A stretch of DNA of 64,000 nt from Monocercomonoides exilis PA203 (Eukaryota > Protista > Preaxostyla), in contig LSRY02000022.1 in assembly GCA_001643675.2 (NCBI GenBank), positions 186,001 through 250,000 of the forward strand. Reading direction: 5' to 3'. Positions within the stretch are counted from its first letter, which is position 1. Every line of letters begins with the position of its first letter. The position numbers and the translations under genes were made by a program. Positions 57,383-64,000 of the stretch are shown here, piece after piece. Below the pieces are notes generated by a model, which saw only the letters and a list, made by a program, of their open reading frames with translations, ran no database searches and was not told the DNA's origin.

Positions 57383-59537
57383 CTACAACGATAACGAAGA
57401 ATAATATTTCTTGCGAAATTCAATTTCTTTTTTACTAAAGGCAGGTGAAACTGCTCTTTGAATTGGTTTTTCGTTTTCCATATTTCTTCCTTTCTCTGAG
57501 TCGCTCCCTCCACTAACATCATCGTCTATAATTTCATAAATTTTCTTTTTCTTTTTCTGTTTTCTTTCTCTTTCATCTTCATTTGAAGAAGAGCTTGACA
57601 AAAGAATGTTAAATTCTTTTCGAGAATGCTTTGTTTTCAAAATTGAAGAAGTCGAAGAAACATTTGATTTTTCAATTTCTTTATATTTCAATCGAAGAAA
57701 TGCAAGATGCTTTTCAGCATCTTCAAGTTGCTTTTTCAATTCAAAGATGTCCAAATTTTCAATAACTTGGGGGAAATATTGAAATTCAAGTTTTGTTTGC
57801 TCAAAGAACAAAAATATTGCTTCACTCATGACTTTATTTCATTTTCTCTGATTTCAAAATAAATTTGATTCTCATGTTTGTAAACAAACATCATTGAAAT
57901 CAAAACAGAAAGAATAGTGATATTTCACGAACGTCAATAAATGAACCAATTTTATTCGTGTTTTTTGATCTCAAAAAGTTAGTGGAACGTGTATAATTTT
58001 TCAATGAAAATGCCTGAAGTGAAATATTTCACACCAACTGTTGTTGGATTTAATTTGTGATCATTAGACGGAGAAGAACAGATCGATTCGTTCGGCGAAG
58101 TTGATTTTGTTGAGTTTGCTTTATCTGCAGAATGAATATCTAATGATTTTGATGAAGCAGAAACGCTTTGACTTTTTTGTGGAGAATAGTCACCAAATAG
58201 TTCTTCACGCCAATCTTGAGACGAATAATAAAGATCTTCTTTCAATGTAGATGATTCCATTGGTGCTCTTGCCACTCTAGAGAGCACAGGAGCTGCTGCA
58301 ACTGGCCAAACCCCTGTCTTTATGAATGCTGCTTTTATTGTTGAAGGTGTACAAGCAGCTGCCAAGGCTTCAGGAAGAACTTCTGCGAGTTGTGTTCTAT
58401 AAGAAGGGAGGGAGAATGGAGATGGAATGATAAATTTGTTGTTCAATGCAGATTTTAGTCGAGAAAAGATACAGGAATCACATGGTTGAAGTAAGTGTGT
58501 CATGTTTGGTGGGAATCGTTTCAAAATGATGTTGTTTTTTTCTGCGGCTTCAATTACAAATTCATCGTTATGTGTTGAATGATTATCCATCAACAGAAGG
58601 GTGCGATGTGAGCTTGTTGGTTTGACTTTCTCTGCGATTAATGGAATCCAGTAATTAATCATGATGTGCTTGAAGATATCCTTAGTGATCCACACGGAAG
58701 ATGAAAAAATATATCTGATATCAAACGAAGAAAGAGTTCGAAACTCTTTCGGGAGTGTTTTCTTTGGCCAAAGAAGAAATCGTTGCAATGAGGATCCGTC
58801 GGCGCAGACACAGAGGCAAATTGTGGCATTCGGCACTTTTGGAGGTGCTGGAACAGCTGGAGGAGTTTGATCTTTGAAGCAAACAACCAATTTTGATGAA
58901 GATTCCCCGCAAGTGATCGAAGATTCGTCGAAATTGAAAATGTCGGATGATGTAATGTTATAGTCTGATATTATGTTTGAAAATTCAGTAAACCATCTGC
59001 TTATATTATCTGGTGACTGTGCTTTGATTTTTGCAACATCTGTTGGTCTTGCGATAGCGGCTTTCAATATTTCGCTTCGTTTTATTAATTTGTATGCATA
59101 TTTTTTATTGATCATTTTCAATTCATTCTTTGATTTTGGCTCATTTTCAATCAGATCGACACACTGAAACATTCAAAAAAAGTTAGAAAAAACATGAAAA
59201 AAATATAGCAAACCATGTTTTGCACATCACGAATTCGAACCATTGTTTGGTTTGATAAAAGAACCAAAACTTGGTTTTCAATTGTTTCCAACTGGTTGTC
59301 TGTAAATGTTTGTGGATGCCCACTCCTTCCGACCTCTCTTCCTGCTTTCTCCGCTCTTATCCCTCGTTTCCAAGCATCCTTTGAAATAACTTTGGCTTTC
59401 ATCGCAGTTGAATATTTAACTTTGAAACTTTGTCGAATTGCGAATAGCTTTTTTGACGGGGATTTGAACACGCGATATTCACTTGTTGCCAGAACTCTGT
59501 GCAATTGAGATGATGTCAATTCAGTTTTTTCTGTCAT
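57383..59537 (-). pseudogene. pogo DD35D transposase, one intron, 3' part split by MITE B
   Basis: ATG 59537; intron 59213-59164 (GTTTGC...CTAAC...TTTCAG) joins QNM|CVD. FNFDESS, LLMDNHSTH, PPNMTHLLQPCD (35 residues between D2 and D3). Removing the MITE and one TSD restores NPTTV|IENLDIFELKKQ in frame to the stop at 57383. Confidence 0.92.
57768..58035. mobile_element. MITE type B, second copy (268 bp, AACT TSD)
   Basis: Colinear with 55069..55333 (TTGCTTCACTCAT, GATTTCAAAA.AAATTTGATT, TTTTTCAATGAAAATGCCTGAAGT). AACT at 57764-57767 and 58036-58039. Excision restores the host ORF. Confidence 0.88.
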
Positions 59538-59637
59538 CAAAATAGGGAATGATCAATTTCTTCAGAATTATCAAAATTAATGTTTCTGTCATAGGCAATC
59601 CTTTTCAGATGCATGGTTTGATATTATGTTAATATAT

Positions 59638-59888
59638 GGGTAATTCTTTTTGAAAAGTCGCAAATGTTTAATATTTGAGTTTAAAAAAATGAACATTTTT
59701 TGATCATTTTTTGCTTTAAATGCAGAAAACCTTGTGATTTATTCAATTTGAATTCACAAACCTATTTGATGAGAGAAAAAGTGAATGTTGGAGAAATCTG
59801 ATTGATTTATCACAAAAAATAATCAAATAAGGAACATTTTTATTGAACAAAAAAATTTAACTTAGCGACTTTTCAAAAAGAATGACCC
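59638..59888. mobile_element. MITE type A, second copy (251 bp, ATAT TSD)
   Basis: GGGTAATTCTTTTTGAAAAGTCGCAAATGTT and reverse complement GGGTCATTCTTTTTGAAAAGTCGCTAAGTT; ATAT at 59634-59637 and 59889-59892. Confidence 0.85.
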
Positions 59889-60598
59889 ATATATCTTTAT
59901 TGAAACATTGAAATTATCAACTTTCCAAAATTCTGCAGTAAATCAAACATGTGAATAAAATAAAAAATAGCAACGTTCAGCTGGAAGAAGACATGATGAA
60001 GAAGAATAATGAATATTCTTTCATTATTTAACACAATTTCGATTGTTTTTGATATGTTTTTGTTTCAATTGTTCATTGTAATGAAAAACAAGAGAATGCT
60101 TCATTGAGAGGGGGCGTGTTTGGCACCAGGGTGCGGGTTAAGCACCCATGGTATATTCAGTGAAATTTTCAATCAACTTTTTATTTGAAAGACAAAGGAT
60201 TTCCATATTATTGCATTTTTGAAGTTGAAACCATTTCAATAACATTATTAGAAGAATAAAGCATTTCAATTTCAACCGTTTAAATCAATTTCTGTTTCTA
60301 TTGATTCAGTTATTGAACGATTCATCACTTTTGTTGTGAAAAATGAACTCGGATATCAAATTGGAAATTATTATTATCAAGGGTTTGTAGGAGAAGCCAA
60401 CTTATCAGAAGAACAGTTGGAAACAATATTGAACTTTTCTTAACTGTTTGATAAGTCTTAGAAAAACTCCTTTAAAAAGAATGTTAACAAAGCAAAAGAA
60501 ATTTAAAAAGAAACTGCAATTTCTTTTGATTTAATCCTAATAGCGAATTCAAGTTGTTTTTATTCTTCAGAATATTCAAAGAATCATCAAATGCAAAA

Positions 60599-60639
<41 letters not shown>

Positions 60640-61699
60640 TCAAGCAATGCCCGAAAATGCTTATTGGATGGATGAGCTCATGAGCAGACTTCAAAAATTA
60701 TCGATCCATACCATTCATGGACATTGACAAAAATTATGAGATATTTCGGTTCTGTGTTTTTTGATTGATTGAAGATGATATTTAATAAAATTGTTTGATA
60801 CACAACTGTTTTGTCAAATTTCTTCAATAACAATTATTTTTTCTTTGTTCCTGATTTTTTGGAACTAAAAATTGTATTTGATTGATAAAAAAAACAGGAT
60901 AAATGGATCATTTGGATTTATGTGGGTAATTATTTTTGGGATCATACTTTTTTTCGGGGGTAAGTTTAAGATTATGAAAAAACAGTTTTTAAACATCAAA
61001 AATGCTTTCAGACATCATGAATAATATCAGTCATCAACTTTCAAGTCAACAATTATAAAAAAAAATAGTTTTCTTAATGATTATTATTGGATGACCATTA
61101 TTAAAAACGTAACTTGTTTGATATTTGTCTTTTTTGATGAAAAACAACTTTTACGGTTCGCACTTATTGCATGAATGTTTATGATCTATTATGATAATGT
61201 TGCGCTATCCAATAGAAATGCAATCATTTCAATTTGGAAAAATTTTGTCAAATGCAACTGTTTCGTATAATCGTGAACAAAAATGAAAGACAAAATCGCT
61301 TTATTGTTTGTTTCAAATATGCAACAACACTATCCAACATTGTATCAAACTTTGCAATAAATTGAGTGTAAGTTGTTTAAAATCAAATAATTCTCTTTTT
61401 CAACCGAATATAATTGTTGTAATAAAAGTTTCATTGAATTCCATATATTTCTCGATTTCATTTTTTTCTTTTCTTCAAAACTGGCATTTTATTCTTCACA
61501 GTAATTATCGATTCGCAGTTAAAAAATGTTAATAATGTTTTTTAAAAATATAATCTGTCTGTGTTTCTAAGTCCAAAAAAAAAAATTGAAACAATATTGA
61601 ATTTGAGACTCATTTTATCCAATAAATTAACTGCAAACTGTTCTTTTCAAAGCGAGGCATTTTGAGATAATTTTTCTCCATAAACAGAAAAAAAAGTTC

Positions 61700-64000
61700 T
61701 CCTTCGGATTGCATTTCTTTTTATTTTCTTTTATCTCTCACTCCCTCTTTTTTTCTTCTCCTTCTTTTCTTCAGTGCCTTCTTTGGCCTTCTCTTCTTTT
61801 CAGTCTTTCGCTTCTTTCTCATGTTTCTCTTCTGGCTTTCCTTGCTTATCTTTTTCTTTTCCATCATTTGGGCTATTTCCTAAAATTCCTTATCTTTTTG
61901 CTCTTCTCTCTTCTATCTTCCTCTTCTCTTCCTTTTATTTTTCTGTTTTCTCTTTCTCTCTCTCTTTTCCAGCCGCTCCACAAAATTTCCTTGATGCACC
62001 TCCAGAAGCATCAATAACGATGATATTGAGTGCAGATCCTGGCAAGACGGCAGTTCAAGCCTCATTTCTTCTTCCTCACTTTCTCTCCCTGCATCTCTTT
62101 CATCCCTTCTTCTATGGTTTCCATGAATCATCACAGAAGGAAGTGGTGCATGTGGTGTGCTCATCTGCACCTGGAAAATGAATAGTTCTGGAGGCAGAAG
62201 GCCAAGAAGTGTTTGTTGAAAATTTTATTGTTTTCTATTTTTGGAGAAAAGAAGGAAGTGAAATTGTATCTTCGTTGGCAGGGCAGAGGAAGCGAATTTG
62301 CGCGATGAGAGCGGCTTGAATAGCTGAGATGTCACTCAGAAGATGAGATAGTGAAATTGCATATTCTGAAATGAGTCAAAAAAATACATTGATGAGAAAG
62401 AAGAAGAAGAAGAAGAAAAGATAAAACAACAAATATTTAAGTTATTTCATGAAAGTGCAAAATTACAAATTAGAAAAAAAAATATATTCCGACCCTTCAG
62501 TACAAATATATAAAAAAAATTACGAAAATCATTCAAAACAACTCCAAAAAAATGCTTATATAACCAGTCATACATATTTCACATTTCTGTTCATCTGCCT
62601 TTGCCATTTCTCCTCTTAAATCCAGCCATTATGAGAATTATGTGGAAACCGAAAAGTCAATCATGTTTTCAGAAAACTTTTGAAGATGTTTGTTCTTGAT
62701 GACCTTAAATTTGAAGCATCAACAGAAGAAAAAGGAGAAGAAGAAGACATTGGATATGCCTGAGAAGTTTTACTGTTCGGGGAGCTCACAAACTGTGGCA
62801 GCTTATCGTTCTGAACTAACCCTTTGCTCTACTCGTTCTCCTTCTTCAAAATCCACTTTTTCTCTTCTATGCGTCTCCTTAACTCCGATTTCCAATTCTT
62901 CTTCGCAGTCTTCTTTTCGCCTGTTTTTTCTCCTTCATTCAGCTTCCTCAGCTCCGCATGAAGTTTTTCCTTTTCTTTTTCTGTCTGCTCTTTCCTGAAC
63001 CTCTTCAACTTCCTTGTCACTTTTAATAACTCTCCAGTCTTCTTTGCCCTCTCCTGTTCCACAAATTTTATAGAATAGTATCAGGTACTGCTTCATAACG
63101 GACACAAGCTCGTCCACGTGGGAGATTATCTCTTGAAAGTTGACAAGTTGAATTTTGTTGAACAAACTGGTTTTTTCACTTTTAAGGAAAGAGGTTGCCT
63201 TGGCTGCTCATGGATGATATTGAAAATTGAAAAAGTGGATGGAAGCGAGGTTGGATATGAAACAGGGTTCACTTATATGTCTTGTGGGCTGCTTTCACCG
63301 TTTGTGACTTCTGAGACACATCTGCAAAAGGATGAGCTGTGATAATAATTTTTGAAGTGTTTGGCTTTTCTGCGTTCTTTGCTTTCTCCTCCTCCTCTCT
63401 CTGCATAATCTCTCGTTTGTGCTCCTCAATCATCATTCTCCTCTTTTCTTAGTTGTTCCATACCAGCTTTTTCATTTGCTCCTCAAAACGCTATTCCTCT
63501 TAGAATATCATCGTTAGCGATAGCATTGACAACAAGTGAGTCAAATGCAACGTAAGTTTCATTTTGGAAAGTGCAAAAATATAGTGCATAAACATAGGTT
63601 TACACATATAATGCTTCAGGTTCGTATCAATCTCCTTCTTCTCATGCATCTGCTGCTTTTCGGTCTTCAGCTTCTCCTCTCCATCATCCCCCGACAGCCA
63701 CAGTTAGAAAACAAGTTTCTTTTTTTTCACTTCTTGTTATGTTTGCTTCCACGAAGCCACTTCGATTGCCTTGTCGTCTTCTCTCCTTCAGCCTTCTTTC
63801 CATTCGCTTTGTACCGATTGCAGTGCCATCATCTCATTCGCTGCCTCGTGGTGTTGTAGCTCGATTTCTGAGTTCTTCTTCTTTTCTCTTTCTCTTCCTT
63901 TCTCATTCATTATTTCTCCTGAGTAATTTCTCAAATCGTATTGCACTCATCTCACGTTGTCGATCTCTGTGAATGTCTTTCCTAACAATCTGACAGAGAA
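61700..64000 (-). pseudogene. Decayed low-complexity (E/K/R-rich) gene remnants
   Basis: Short protein-like minus-strand ORFs (62935..63165, 62829..63062, 61913..62170) with stops and frameshifts. No family recognised; boundaries approximate. Confidence 0.3.

Larger units (their letters stand above)
57049..60151 (-). mobile_element. pogo-family (IS630/Tc1/mariner-related) DNA transposon carrying two nested MITEs
   Basis: 44-bp TIRs CCATGGGTGCTTAACCCGCACCCTGGTGCCAAAC(C/A)CGCCCCCTC, one mismatch (57049-57092, 60108-60151); TA TSD on both sides. Confidence 0.95.

Noticed and set aside
60920-60970. GGGTAATT and GGGGGTAA motifs as further left ends of the 4-bp-TSD family
   Set aside because: No matching right end or TSD could be found, so it was not called.

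Overview
Eukaryotic, AT-rich DNA with short GT-AG introns and the standard genetic code. The gene families suggest an oxymonad/metamonad protist such as Monocercomonoides (inference, not checked by search). Host genes: two paralogous P-loop GTPases with long coiled coils (1.7-4.6 kb intact; 40.8-43.2 kb with one nonsense codon), a multi-exon PH-domain gene of Niban/FAM129-like layout, a ~2850-aa single-pass surface receptor with GGA/beta-helix-type repeats and a C-terminal pseudokinase, two paralogous helical proteins, and several decayed gene remnants. Much of the window is nested mobile DNA whose ends and target-site duplications (TSDs) can be read directly: a Merlin (IS1595/ISXO2-like) element holding a 3.6-kb cargo-carrying element; a DIRS-type tyrosine-recombinase retrotransposon (ITRs, ICR, RT-RNaseH-methylase, YR) holding a Merlin-type MITE; a second decayed DIRS; a pogo DD35D element holding two MITEs; a pogo remnant; and a G-rich-ended, 4-bp-TSD non-autonomous family. 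The most striking observation is that the two GTPase paralogs differ by exactly 84 residues on each arm of a predicted antiparallel coiled-coil hairpin (4x21 aa outgoing, 12x7 aa returning) around a divergent hydrophobic tip, suggesting a length-tuned stalk. No rRNA, tRNA or CRISPR array was recognised.
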